Shown here piece by piece: positions 41,464 to 54,846 of a DNA stretch of 64,000 nt (the first letter of the stretch is position 1; each line of letters opens with the position of its first letter). The position numbers and the translations under genes were made by a program. The notes beneath the pieces were generated by a model that was given only the letters and a program-made list of their open reading frames with translations, was not told the DNA's origin and searched no databases. Location of the stretch: NCBI GenBank assembly GCA_976551045.1, contig CDPCPM010000014.1:24304001-24368000 (forward strand), in the 5' to 3' direction. Source of the DNA: Glaucostegus cemiculus. Lineage: Eukaryota.

Positions 41464-42065
41464 GCGAAGAGCTGTTGAAATTAAATGATCAATCAGCACC
41501 GGATGAAGAAGAGGTAAAAGAGCTGCATAATGAGTCAGGAGAAATGGGAGAAACCAAATGTGAAAACCAAGAGGAAATGAGTGAAGATTGTCTCACTATA
41601 TCAGAGTTAGTATATAATCCAAGTGCCAGTGTCCTACCTACTCCTGTGGAAGATGGTGGGATAGATTTGCTTTTTAATAGTCACCCACTTGGGAACCAGA
41701 AGGATGATGGAGGCTCATATGATGAGTTAGATGCATCCGAAAATACACTTCTGATCACAGATGAGGAAGAGCTGAAGGAAGTGAAGTGGGTACTTGCTAG
41801 GAGTTTTGAATTGATGACAAGCAACAGACATCTAAATATACTGGCAAAGAGCTTTGTGAAACTCCTTCTGGTGGGACTGGGTTTGATGCTGTTTGCTTTC
41901 CCACTTCTTCTGGTCTTGCTGGAATCTGACATTGATGCTTCTTTTTTGAGAGAAATCCGGCAGACGCCCGAGTTTGAGCAGTTTCACAATGAATACTACT
42001 GTCCACTGAGACAGTGGCTGACATGCAAAATACACTACGTCCTTGACAAACTAGGCAGTTCCTGA
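41464..42065 (+). CDS. FRMD3: FRMD3 last coding exon with hydrophobic (membrane-anchor) C-terminal segment
   Basis: Acceptor ggtctcttttcag|GC is phase 1, matching the donor at 16145; encodes LTISELVYNPSASVLPTPV...LLLVGLGLMLFAFPLLLVLLES...EIRQTPEFEQFHNEYYCPL, characteristic of the FRMD3 C-terminus; stop TGA 42063-42065. Confidence 0.95.
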
Positions 42066-45000
42066 GGCTACACCAGTGTGCAGTTGGACAAGCAGTAACA
42101 ACTTCTCTGAGCATAACTTCCTTCTGCTGTTTTTACTGTTTTTATGTTTTGTACCTTTTTAAATGTGGTTTAAAAGTATTTCAGGAAATTTTATTCAGTT
42201 TTTTTTAGTGAAATCTGCTCAAGAAATAATTGAATTTAACATCCAAAGTAATAGGTGTGGCATGAAAGAATTTTTAAAAAATTGTTGGAAAGTTTTATCT
42301 GGTGTTCAAGGTCATTGTATTCTTGACTGAGTGCACAACATTTTGTCTCCATTCTTTCCTTGGTGACTAGGAAATTCAAAAGGTTCTAAGCAGATGAACA
42401 ATTGTTTTGTTAAATTGGTTAAGTTTGTGCAGCTTCAAAATTGTATTGGCTGTAAAAGGTATTGTCTTTGGGGATTGTAACTTGGCATTTTCTCAAATAA
42501 TCTATTTACTGGAAATTATCAGTTATGCCTGTAATAACAAGTAGTACCAGATTCATTGGGAGTGAATATTCTTGGAGAGTCTCTTGCTTGTCCACTGCAG
42601 CTTGGGTGGAAGAGTGGCAGAAATCCCAGAAAGGCTTTTGAAATTATGTTTAAATCACAGAAATTTAACTGGTGTAACTACATTCTCCAAAAATCTGAGA
42701 AGTTTCCAGGAAGACAGGGAAGTAAAATGATGGATGTATGGAGGCATAGAGAAAATAGGAGGTGACACTGCCATTTTTGGACTAGATTCATGAAATTGTT
42801 GTGTTTCAAGGAAGTGAGATCAGGAATTAAAAAAAACATTGGGCAACTGCCTGAACTCTTTCATTTCATTTCATACATTCACTTGTTCACTTCATTAAGC
42901 AAACTGAAATTTATCAATACAAGAGACTTACTAAATGCTGAGTGACAGAATCATACAGCTGCACATTTACAATAATGTTGTCAATATACGAAACGCTATA
43001 TTTTTCTTCATAAGAACAGAAAATCTTTAATGGGAGATATGACCAGAATTAGTTCTTTGTTTCTGTGTACAAGCTCATGTTTCAGTAATTCAATCAGAAA
43101 TAATGAATTTTAGATAGTTCATTTTTAGTGGAGCAGATACACAAGAATACAAAGTTTAGTAAACTGTCAATATGTGGCTATTGCAAGTTAGAAAGTCAAA
43201 AAAGAGTAATGTTGAAAATAATATCAAATATAGATAATACAATGTTCATAGATTTTCAAATAACTTTCTCCAATGTGGTTGGAAAAGTCACTTTGCCTAT
43301 TGTGCACTTTCAGTTGACTTTGATTGCTGCTGCCAGTAAATACAACCAAGAACTTTCACAGGTAGCCATTGCGATAACATTTGAACAGCAATCTTTTGAC
43401 CAACATTGTCAACTGATCTTTTGAAATACTGCATACCTGAGAAGCGCGTATATATGAATCTTGTATTAGCGTAGCACAAAATCTGACAAGACTTCTCTCC
43501 CAACTTTACCACTGGATCATTTATTGGAAAATGAAACATAAACGCACAAGGATTATTATGTATGACAAAGAAAAAAAAACAAACTACAAATAGATAATTG
43601 TAGTGCAGATGTCTAATTTTGTAATTCAAACATGGTTAGAAATTTTAGGTTCAATCTAAAGCTTCAAATCTGTTACATAATTCTTGTTCTAACCTAAAAG
43701 TTTGGAGGATCAGAAAATAAATCTGAAAATTAGTAATCTTATTTGTTTTTATAAACATAAAACAGGAAAAGCATCTCAAGACACTTGCAGCATTGTCATG
43801 TAAACTATAGTATTGAGCTACATAGTACTGATGAGCAAATATTTAAATGAGGGGCTAAGTTTAGATACAACTTTTTAAAAAATGATAAAAGTAGAGAAAC
43901 TGAGAATTATAGGGAAGTAATTTCAGAGCTCAAGACGTAGGTATTAAAGGCATGGGCTGGCCTGGTGGAGCAAGGAGAACTGGAGGAGCAGGCATCCTGT
44001 AGGGTCACAGAAGGCTAGGGAGATAAGGAAGGGTAAGACAGTTGTCGGATCTGAACATGATAATGAAAACTTTAAAGCTGGTGAACTGTAGGTCTAAGAG
44101 CCTGTGAAGGTCAGTGAGTATGTTCTAATTGATGAATTAAACTTGATGTGAGTGAGGATTGACAGGGTTGGAAAATGGGAAGTTGCCTATGGGAGCTGAG
44201 AGTCATATACAAGCCTTTTAAGTTAGTAACTCTTCTGGTATGGTTTAAAATGTTTTTAGAGATGGATTTGTTTGTTCCCTTTGCTTCTTTGGCTGATAGT
44301 GCAGTTAGTTGGCCATTATTTTATGAACTACCTGTCTTGTGCAATCATGGCAATTTTTGAGAGAAAACCGATACAGTGAAAAGCAAGTAGTCAATTCTAA
44401 GAATGAAGTAAATGTTTAGTCTGATAAAAGTGTTATTGACTAACTGAATCTGTCCCTATCTGCTCTGTAATCTGAGTAATTGAATATTTAAATCACAAAT
44501 TTATTATCACTGACTTACATGAATTGAAATTTGTTGCTTTTGCGGCAGTAGTACAGTGCAAAGACAAGACAAAAATACAGACTATTTAGCATTGGATGAA
44601 AACCTATCTTATTCTACAAATAAGTGGTTAATAAATGAGGAATTCAGTAAGAAATTGAAACATTTAAGTTTTACACAGTATTCAAGACATTTCAAAAAAT
44701 GAAACCTAGGTGATTTTTAATCAATATTTGCAGTATTGCTTGGTCCCTACACTAAACAGCAATCAGAACAAAGACAAAAGGATATTTAAAAACAACAACA
44801 AAAAAAACCTATATTGATCAGGAAAAGCAAAAAGATCCATTTAAATGGATAACAGAAACTTTAAATCATTGAAATTCTATCTCAGTTTTTGATACTGAAA
44901 TATAGGTTCAGTGAGAATAATAATCAGTGTAAGTTTTACAAGGTATTTGTAGTACAGCTTACTTTGTTTCAGCATAACAGTTGAGCAGGGTTTACTTGGA

Positions 45001-45454
45001 ATTTTTGGTACTGGCCCTGCTTCATCAATATGCCATGCCAAGGGGAGCTGTTCATACCAATATGAGTCCTCAAAGGCACTTTGCATAGATAACATGCTGG
45101 AATGTCAAGTGAAGTGGCTGATCTGACCAAGAATACCTTAGTTCATCATTAACAGACAGGGAAGCAAGAATGCTTAAGTTTTAAGTCTCTGTTCCTGCTT
45201 GCGTTAATTAACATGTTTGGGATTGATAGAGGGGCAATCTCAAATAGCAATCCTGTAAATTCAGTGAAAAACTGGGACCAGGATGTTATCTTTTCTGAAA
45301 TGCTCCAGGCAAAGTTGTAATATAATCACAGCAAGTGATTATAAGTATGTAAACTTAAGAAATAAGAGTATTTTACCATTTGGCTCTTCGAGCCTGCTCG
45401 ATCATTCATCAAGATCATGACTGATCTTCTACCTCATATTCCTGCATTCCCTGT

Positions 45455-46095
45455 ATAGAACATAGAACAGTACAGCACAGAAACAGGCCCTTTGGTCCAC
45501 GATGTCTGTGCTGAGCATGATGCCAAATTAAACTAATCCCTTCTGCCTGCGGGTGATCCATATTCTTCCATTCCCTGCATACTTATGTGTCTATCTAAAT
45601 GTGTCTTGAACGCCACTATCGTATCTGATTCCACTGCCACCCTTGGCAGCACTTTCCAGGCACTTACCACTCTGCAAAAGTAAAACTTTCCCCCTCTCAC
45701 CTTAAAGCTATGCCCTCCAGTATTTTACATTTCTGCACTAGGAAAAAAAATTCTGGCTGTCTACCTATGCCTTTCATAATTTTGTAAAGTTCTAAGGTCT
45801 CCCCTCAGCCTCCAATGCTCCAGAGAAAACAATCCAAGTTTGCCCAACCTCTCCTTATAGCTAATACCCTCTAATCCAGGCAGCATCCCAGTAAGTGTCT
45901 TCTGCACCATCTCCAAAGCCTCCACATCCTTCCTGTAATGGGTCAACCAGAAATGCACACAATAATCCAAGAGCAGCCTAAGCAAACATTTATACAACTG
46001 TATCATGACCTCCTGATTCTTATACTCTTTGCCCCTAGTGATGAAGGCAAGCATGCCATATGCTTTCTTTATCACTCTATAAACTTGTGTTGCCA
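45455..46095 (-). mobile_element. CR1 3' fragment nested in an older CR1 (~45350-47780)
   Basis: tagaacatagaac tail; ORF 45761-46198 KKAYGMLAFI..DYCVHFW..RKDVEALE; host CR1 continues on both sides. Confidence 0.85.
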
Positions 46096-46679
46096 TATCC
46101 CCTGTTTCCCTTAACATCAATCTCTTCTTTGAACAAACTAAAAGACTGACCCTCCACAGACCTGAGTTAGAGAATTTCAAAGATTCCCACCTCTGCATGA
46201 AGAAAATTCCTCTAATCTTAGTCCCAGATCTAACAAGGGAAACATCCCCCTTTCATACAGGTTGAAGAGCCTTAGGAACATGTTGTAAGTTTCAATGAGA
46301 TTTCCTCTTATTCTTCTAAATGCTAGAGCAGGGTTTTCTGTCATTTTTTCAGGTGGGCTGCTTTAATCAAATGGTTTGCCCACACCATCCAATTATGAAA
46401 AGTATTCTGGTCTACAAACCAGTGCTTATTTAAAAGGAGCAGAGATAACAACTGTCTTTTTTTAAGCATTCCTTGACCCGCTCGAGGGTCATTGCCCCCA
46501 TTTTAGAAGCCAACACTTCAGAGAATACAAGCTTAGTCTACTCAGTCTTTCCTCATAAAGCAAACCTGCCATCCCTAGGATCACTCTAGTGAGTGTTTGC
46601 TGCACTCCTTCTATGGCAAGTACATCCATTCTTGGGGGTAAGGAGATTAAAACTGTACACTATACCATGATTCAGAGTG

Positions 46680-47415
46680 CAGCTTATCAGCCACTGGGAG
46701 ACGGTGATTGAGGAGAACCCAGGGAATGACCTTTCTTGTGGCAGACAGCAGAGATTTCCCTCTGTGGTTACCAAAGTTGGACTTGTCTCATTTCTTGAAT
46801 TTGTTATGATTACAGCATCACTGAAGTCCCGCAGTGTATCCTCTTCTTCCCAGATATGCACAATTAGATTGTGAATTGGTTCTTCACTACCAAATTTTAG
46901 AAGTTCAGCAGAGACACTATTTGCTCTCGAAGACTTGTTATGTTTTAGTTGGAATATGGCCTTTTCAATTTGTTGTTGGTCAGGATGGCAGCAACATGGA
47001 TTTCGGTAGGTTATTGTCAGATGGAATCGAGGATACTCACGTCATTAGAGTCATCCTATTCAGAATTCTGCCAAGGAAAGAGATTAATAGGTGATAGAGA
47101 GGGGAAAAAAAATCAAGGGTGTGCTCAAAGCCTCCTGGTAAACCTTTTGAGAATCCCTGGTCTATGGCCACTTAAAGTGGAGAAGGAGCATTTGCAATAA
47201 TATCGAGAACTTTGAGTTGTGTTAGAAGCACACAGAAGCCCAGCATAAAGGACAGAAAGAGCACACCACCTCACAGACCGCTTACCTGCAAGACATCCTT
47301 AGGCACTTTCTGTCCCATCTATAGAGGAGTCTGAGGTTTCCACATGTGTCTTATCAGTCACCTCAGAACTCACATAGGCAAGTCATACTGAGGAACAGAG
47401 ACTAAGATGAAGAGG
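46680..47415. mobile_element. RTE-clade LINE remnant with an inverted 5' part
   Basis: 46680-46880 (-) IWEEE..DAVII..(Y)RG..LLSATRKVI; 46900-47415 (+) LFRI/YSEFCQGKR and RTE-like 3' end (cttatcagtcacctcagaactcac). Confidence 0.6.
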
Positions 47416-50400
47416 AATGCAACAATTCAGGTGTGATTCCACTAAGGCCCTATATAATGCAGAAAGACATCTTTGCTTATAAAGTAAAATCTTTGCATAT
47501 TGAAGGACAATCTACTATTTATTTCCTAACTGCTTGCTGCACTTGCATGCTGGCCTTCAGTGACTTCTGTAGGGCATCCAAAAACATTTGAACATCAACA
47601 TTACCCAGTCTCTCACTGTTTCTGTTTTGTGCCCTGAAGTGGATAATTCTACCTCTGTCCATATTATATTACATCTGCCAATGTTTTTGGCTACTTACTT
47701 AGCTTGTCTGTATCGCTATTAAGCCTCTTAACACTCTTGTCACTGTACACAATTCCACCTAGTTTCTCATTATCAACACTATCCCTGTCATACCCCACTA
47801 GACACAGTCATGACAGAATATCTTGAAAAACTGATTTGTTTTAACTATATCTCTACACCAGCTTCTAACCTAACCCCTCATTACATATCTTCAGTTCCTG
47901 TTCAAGTGTGCCTTTTGGAATTAATATCATGAAGTTACCCTTTATGGTTATACATGATAAAGTGCTCTTCTGCATTCAATTTTTTTACTATTATTTTAAA
48001 AAATAGCCAATTGTTCCTTCAACCCTTCATTCTCAACATACAAATGAACTTCTCTGGTTCCAGGAATAATCTTTATTGCTGTTCTTCAGATCTTTGTTGC
48101 TGTTGTATTTTTTCTTGACCATGGTACTACAATTCCAGTTCTGTTGACCCTTTTTTACAATATAAGTATCACTTCCTTAACTTCATCTTTTACACAACTG
48201 CTTATATGCTGCACATTTTATTTGCCTTTTGTTTGATCTCCTATGCTGTATCCTTGCAAGATTGAGTCAATTATTACACCTGAACATTTTTCGTGATACA
48301 ACTTACTGATAAATCCCTCACATTGTCAGCAATTTTGCTATCTTCATTACTCAATGCCTTCTTTAAGTGCCTTACACATTTACAAGTTTTCAGGTTTTTC
48401 TTTTTTTATACTGCAATTATAAATCAAAGGCTTATGCTTCCTAAAATCACATTTCTGATCTTTTCTCAAAAAAAGTAGCAATTTCTATTACATCAGTCAT
48501 TAATTACCATACCAGCATTTAACATGATATGAGAATCTTTGATTGGAGTAGCCAGTTTCCAAAGTTGCTTTAGGTATGTAACCATTGTTATATTGGTACA
48601 TTTCAGTTTGCTAATAAACACATCAGTATTTTAATGATGTCACCTATCTCTCCTAACCTCTCATTAAAGAACCTGTCCAATCAGGTAAAGTGGGTAATCT
48701 GCTCCACCAGAATACCATTCACAAGTTGAACAGAAAAAAAATATTCATCCCATTAAATTTCACCACTCCACCTTTTTAGAAATCTTAATAGAAACTGCAA
48801 CTGTTGTTTACAATGCATTTGTATACTTCAAAAATCAGTGCTTATAAACTTTTTGATTTAGATTCCTTAAACTTATTTAAATTAATTAATAATTTTGGAA
48901 AGATTTACACTGTCTGAATAAATGTATTTAAAGACAATAAGGCTCATATTAGACAATGGGCAAGGGCACCAAACCAGCAGAAGCACAGTTAACATCTATT
49001 ATATGATCATCTGATATTCTGCTTGATTGAAACTGACATAAATGAATACTGGGAGTTGCATCTAAATGGTGATCAATGCATTGCCACTTAATTTGCATTC
49101 CTGTGCAAATGCATTTTCACCTCCAAATGTGCTAATTTCTTATGAATTAATGTCTTACTTAGTGATTGATTGTGTGCGTAGAACCAAAGTGTCTTCCTCT
49201 GTTTTGAAAACAGCGTTTATATGGTCACAGCCTGTAAAGTGTACAGGTGATCTTTGAATCCACTGCCATAACTTCAGTAGGAGACTGTCAGAGCAACAAG
49301 AGAAAGGGAGTAAATCATTGAAATCAAAACATTCCCACCATTTTTCTCGGAATTCCATTGATCACTGACTGACTTTGCAGTGATAGAACATAATATTTTG
49401 AATCAATTTAATTTGCATTAAAAGTGACAAAATGTTCAATTATTATTCACTTCCTGAACATGTTATAAAATTACTAAACATATTGATTGATTAATTTTGT
49501 CACTGTCACAATATGAAAGCTTTTCTGGTAGGGATGAAAATTTTATCAAAGTAAATTCCACTGTGAAGGTAAAAACAAACTATTTAAAATCTACTATTGC
49601 TGCTGACTCACCAGAGTCTGGTAATTTTCTGTTTCTATGCAGCAGTTTCCTATAAAATGTTCTTTAGACATTTACATTGTCGGCTCATTGTGTGTTTCAC
49701 CATCATTTCAGAACCAGTACAGTGTTTTCTACTCAGATGCACAGTATAGAAGTTAATTTTCTGTATAGAACAATTCCATGATTAAAGCATTTGATCGGCA
49801 AATGGATCCATTCATCATATTATCTAAATTGAGCTAACTTATTTACTAAACTAAATTGGATGGTGCATTGAGAGCTGAGCTACTAAAATGTACAATTCTT
49901 TTTATTGCTTAATTTATTGGTAAGTTGGTTTTACAGATATACTTCACAATCCATAAAATTGTATTTGAAAGTGATCAGTTACATAATTAAGTTAATTACT
50001 AAATTCAAAAGTACACAGTTTAACATGGTTCAATATTGATTATCAAAAATTATCAAAAATAAACCAATTAAATTAAAGTTAATTTAAATTAAGTAAAATT
50101 AATAATTAAAGCATGATCAAATATGTCTCATCCTCTTGCACACTACTCTAATTATATTAGTTGGACTTACAAGCTGCCTACCAATGTACTGGCAGGAACT
50201 AACTGAAGCCAATTGTTATCATATTATAATGAAATATTAACCATAAGTGCTGAATTCATTAAAATAATGGGAAAGCTTTTTCCACTGATCTGGCCCAATT
50301 GTCAGATTCCATTGTATTTCATAAATTCTTAATATTAAACTGATCTTTTTATAATTAGATTATTAAAACTCTGCTCATCCTTACTGGTAGAATATTGCAA

Positions 50401-51369
50401 TAAAATATCAGTAAGTAAAATGGCTTAAACAATTAAAGAAAATAAATAAGTACAAATGTTAACTTATCTTAGTAACATTTGATTTAATAGACAAAATATA
50501 CTTCCTATAGCACCAGATGCTTGTTTGTAAACAAACAAAATAATATTTCTTTGGGCAACAGAAAGGCAATTAAAGAGAGCAGAATATTGTTATTTACAAC
50601 ATATTCTGCTCCCTGTATTACTTTTGTGTCATTTGTCAACAATGAAATTCTAAAGCATACCAAAAAAATATTTTAAAATGCCTCTTTACATTATTGCATT
50701 CATAATGAATTGTTTCCCATCAAAGCCTTTGTCAGATTTTTACTTTGCTTTCATTCACCGACTTACGTTATTTATGAAAGTTAGATGAACTATGTAGAAA
50801 TACATGGGGATAATTTTTGTGAATTTGTTGAGAACTGAGGTGGATAGCAGAGATAGAGTGTATAGTCTGTGTTCACATTGTGGTATTCTTGCTGTGATAT
50901 GTTGTGTAAGTAGGATAGTTCACTAACTGTTGTTTGGCCTACCTTTATAAACACAACTTTGGGGAAAATGAGCTATTCCTCATAATACATTCAATCATAC
51001 AGGGAATCAGTTGTAACTTTAGGCTATTAAATGTTGAGAAGGTTGGCATTTCATATTTAAATGTTAAATAATGCCTGGATTGTTTTATATGTTATAACCA
51101 TAACAAACCAACAATAAAAGTGCATTTGAACAAAAGAATTTTCATTAATCTTTTAAATTTTAAAGAATTTATGTCTGTTGTTTTATCTTTATGAGTAATT
51201 ATGACATATCTCTTGCTTTCATATTCCATTGGTATATAGCATTGATAATGGACACAAATTTTCAAATACTTTGTTATCAGTGTCATTTTACAGTAAGCCC
51301 TTTTTCTGAAAATTACCTGCCATATGAACATTAGTAAGAAGGTTGCAGCAGCTTGACTGACAATTGATA

Positions 51370-51590
51370 GCAGCAGCTCATCGCCACAGCAACCCTGGCT
51401 GCACCTTATCAGAGATAGTCCCTTTGTCCATCCATCCTCCATCCTCTCTGTGACTTGCTTGTTTTCCCTCTTTGCCAGTTCTGATGAAGTCTTCAACTGA
51501 AATGTTAACTCTGTTTCTCTTTTCACAGATACTTCCTGACATTCTGAGTGTTTCTGGTTATGTTCCATTTTTATTACAGCAGCGGATTCC
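51370..51590 (+). mobile_element. Penelope-type terminal repeat with minimal hammerhead motif
   Basis: agtt-CTGATGA-agtcttcaact-GAAA-tgtt-aact (51477-51510), followed by ctgtttctct..cacagat..cctgac..ctgagt family signature. Confidence 0.65.
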
Positions 51591-51729
51591 ACTGGTTGTT
51601 ACCAACTAAAGAGAAAGCAGAGTATCACCAGAGAATGCTCAACTTCCTCTCTACAGAATGGCTGTGATTTTTTTGAAGTTTGTAGATGACCAGCTATTTT
51701 CCATTCTTTATAAATTTCAGATTGTCTTA

Positions 51730-52130
51730 AACTCAGCTGCCTGTATTCTAACTTGCATCATCCTGGTCACCCATTACTCCTGTGGCCTACACTGGCCTAC
51801 ATTTGTTCCCAGTAAAACAATGCCTCAAATTTAAGATTCTCATCTTTATCTTCAAATCCCTCCTCAGCCACATCCCTCCCTGTTGCTCTTATCTCCTACA
51901 CTATTCAAGGGATCTGTTCTAGCCTTCTCAATTTCCTTTGCTGTACTATTGGTAATCCAGCTTCAGCTGTTTAGGCACTAGGCCTTCGAATTCTTGTCCA
52001 AAACCTTTTTACTGCTCCTCCTTTAAGGCATTCCGCAAAACTATCTTTTTGACCTAACTTTTGGTTACCTATCCCAATATCACCTTGTGCACATCATCAA
52101 ATATTGTCTGCTCCTTGGGTTGTCTACATG
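51730..52130 (+). mobile_element. L2-like LINE 3' fragment
   Basis: cacccattactcc..ctacactggc..tttaagattctcatc (HITP..LHWL..FKIL motif); a related copy lies at 62660-63060. Confidence 0.6.
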
Positions 52131-52139
52131 GTATTTGTG

Positions 52140-54181
52140 TGGAGCTCTTCACAGACATGTTCCAATGAGACAGGGGAGTCATGAGAGGATGCAGGAACCG
52201 TGGTGTACGAAGGCTATAATAAAGCTAGTCAAGAAGAAAAGAAAAGCACACAAAAGGTACAGAGAGCTGGGTAATGTTAGGGATTTGGAAGAGTACAAGG
52301 CTAAAAGGAAGGAACTTAAGAAAGAGATTAGGAGAGCCAGAAGAGGGCATGAGAAGGCCTTGGCGGATAGGATTAAGGAAAACCCCAAGGCGTTCTACAG
52401 GTATGTGAAGAGTAAGAGGATGTGCGAAAAGATAGGGCCTATCAAGAGCGGAAGCGGGAAAGTGTGTATGGATTCGGAAGAAATAGCGGAGGTGCTTAAT
52501 GAATACTTTACTTCAGTATTCACTACAGAAAAGGATCTAGTGGATTGCAGTGGGGGCTTGCAGTGGCCTGAAAAGATTGAGTGTGTGGATATTAGAAAAG
52601 AGGAGGTGCTGAAACTTTTGGAGAGCATTAAGTTAGATAAGTCGCCGGGATCGGATGAGATGTACCCCAGGTTGCTGTGGGAGATGAGGGAGGAGATTGC
52701 GGAGCCTCTGATGATGATCTTTGCATCGTCGATGGAGATGGGAGAGGTTCTGGAAGATTGGAGGGTTGCAGATGTTATGCCCTTATTCAAGAAGGGGAAT
52801 AGGGATAGCCCGGGGAATTATAGACTGGTGAGTCTTACCTCAGTGGTTGGTAAGATGATGGAGGGGATCCTGAGAGGCAGGACTTATGAACATTTGGAGA
52901 GGTATAGTATGATTAGGAATAGTCAGCATGGCTTTGTCAAGGGCAGGTCCTGTCTTACGAGTCTGATAGAATTTTTTGAGGAGGTGACTAAGCACGTTGA
53001 TGAAGGGAGAGCAGTAGATATAGTGTATATGGATTTCAGCAAGGTGTTTGATAAGGTGCCCCATGCGAGGCTGATGCAGAAGGTGAGGAGACATGGAATC
53101 CAAGAGGACATTGCGGTGTGGATTCAGAATTGGCTGGCCCACAGAAGGCAAAGAGTGGTTGTTGAAGGGTCGTATTCTGAGTGGAGGTCGGTGACCTCCG
53201 GTGTACCTCAGGGATCTGAACTGGGACCCTTACTGTTTGTCATTTTTATAAACGACCTGGATGAGGAAGTGGAGGGGTGGGTTAGTAAGTTTGCGGATGA
53301 CATGAAGGTCGGTGGTGTTGTGGATAGTTTGAAGGGCTGTCAGAGGTTGCAGAGGGACATAGATAGGATGCAGAGTTGGGCTGAGAAGTGGCAGATGCAG
53401 TTCAACCCAGATAAGTGTGAAGTGGTTCATTTTAGTAGATCGAATATGTTGGTGGAATATAGTATTAATGGTAGGACTCTTGGCAATGTGGAGGATCAGA
53501 GGAATCTTGGGGTCCGAGTCCGCTCAGGTTGACTCCATGGTTAAGAAGGCATATGGGGTATTGTCCTTCATCAGTCGCGGGATTGAATTTAGGAGCTGAG
53601 AGGTATTGCTTCAGTTGTATAGGTCCCAGGTCAGGCCCCACTTGGAGTATTGTGCTCAGTTCTGGTCGCCTCACTACAGGAAGGATGTGGAGGCCTTAGA
53701 GAGGGTGCAGAGGAGGTTTTCGAGGATGCTGCCTGGAATGCGGAGCATGCCTTATGAGAGCAGGTTGCGGGAACTCGGCCTCTTCTCCCTGCAGAGGAGG
53801 AGGATGAGGGGGGACCTGATAGAGGTATATAAGATGATGAGAGGTATTGATTGGGTAGATAGTCAGAGGCTTTTCCCCAGGGCTAAAATGGTGGCCACAA
53901 GAGGACATAGGTTTAAGGTGCTGGGGAGTAGATATAGAGGAGATGTCAGGGGTAAGTTTTTTACTCAGAGAGTGGTGGGTGCATGGAATAGGCTGCCGGA
54001 AAGGGTTGTGGAGGCAGATACGATAGGGTCTTTCAAGAGACTGTTGGATAGGTACATTGAGCAAAATAAGATAGAGGGCTATGGGTAAGCCTAGTAGTTT
54101 CTAGTGTAGGGACATGTTCGGCACAGCTTTGTGGGCCAAAGGGCCTGAATTGTGCTGTAGGTGTTCTATGTTCTATGTTCT
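52140..54181 (+). mobile_element. Young 5'-truncated CR1 (~2 kb) with nearly intact RT
   Basis: ORF 52087-53532 (NYRLVSLTS, GVPQGSELGP, FADDM) and 53606-54088; short deletion near 53520; (TTCTATG)n tail. Confidence 0.95.
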
Positions 54182-54791
54182 GACTCTTGCAGAAAATGTG
54201 GTGGTATATGAATGTATTTGAGAGGGAGAGACCCAGTGATGGGGATTTAGTTTCCAATGATGCAGCTCTATGGGAGCACACTCAATCTCTGAGATAATCT
54301 GCTCCATCATGTAAACTGTACTTTATGTAAGTATAATATTTAAGTGCATTACATGATTTACTTCTGGCTGTTATGCAAAAACCTCATTTTATACATATAT
54401 TTACTAATTGGGCCCTTATGGTTTATTGCTGTTCTCCCAGCTCCTAAATTATGATCTTCAGTTGTTGGTGATGTTATTGTCAACAAGATCAGTAATTTAA
54501 ATTTGTAGAGTGATAACTTTATACCACGTTCCAGAAATATAAAAAAAAATTGTGTTCTCCTGCTTCCCTCCACCATTAAAACACTGAAGGAACTGTTTTA
54601 AAAATAGGAAACACGCAGTTGCTGCCTCTTATCATTGGGGAGCCACATTTCTATGACCTGAACTTTAGGAATACAACAGCTCAGATCAGCTGACCATGCC
54701 AGCGCTGATGCGAGGATGTAGCCATGTTTCCTGCGGAAGTCCTGGTTTCCAGTGCTGGTACAGGATTAAGCTCACCATGCCTTCTTTTGCC

Positions 54792-54846
54792 TTGCCGCTG
54801 ATGATGCCAATAGGTTATTGCAACCTATTGGCATCATCAGCGGCAA
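54792..54846. repeat. Perfect 25-bp inverted repeat with 5-nt spacer
   Basis: TTGCCGCTGATGATGCCAATAGGTT-attgc-AACCTATTGGCATCATCAGCGGCAA. Confidence 0.95.

Noticed and set aside
49980-50110. Very AT-rich stretch with short duplication (aaaattatc)
   Set aside because: Low-complexity sequence without a defined structure
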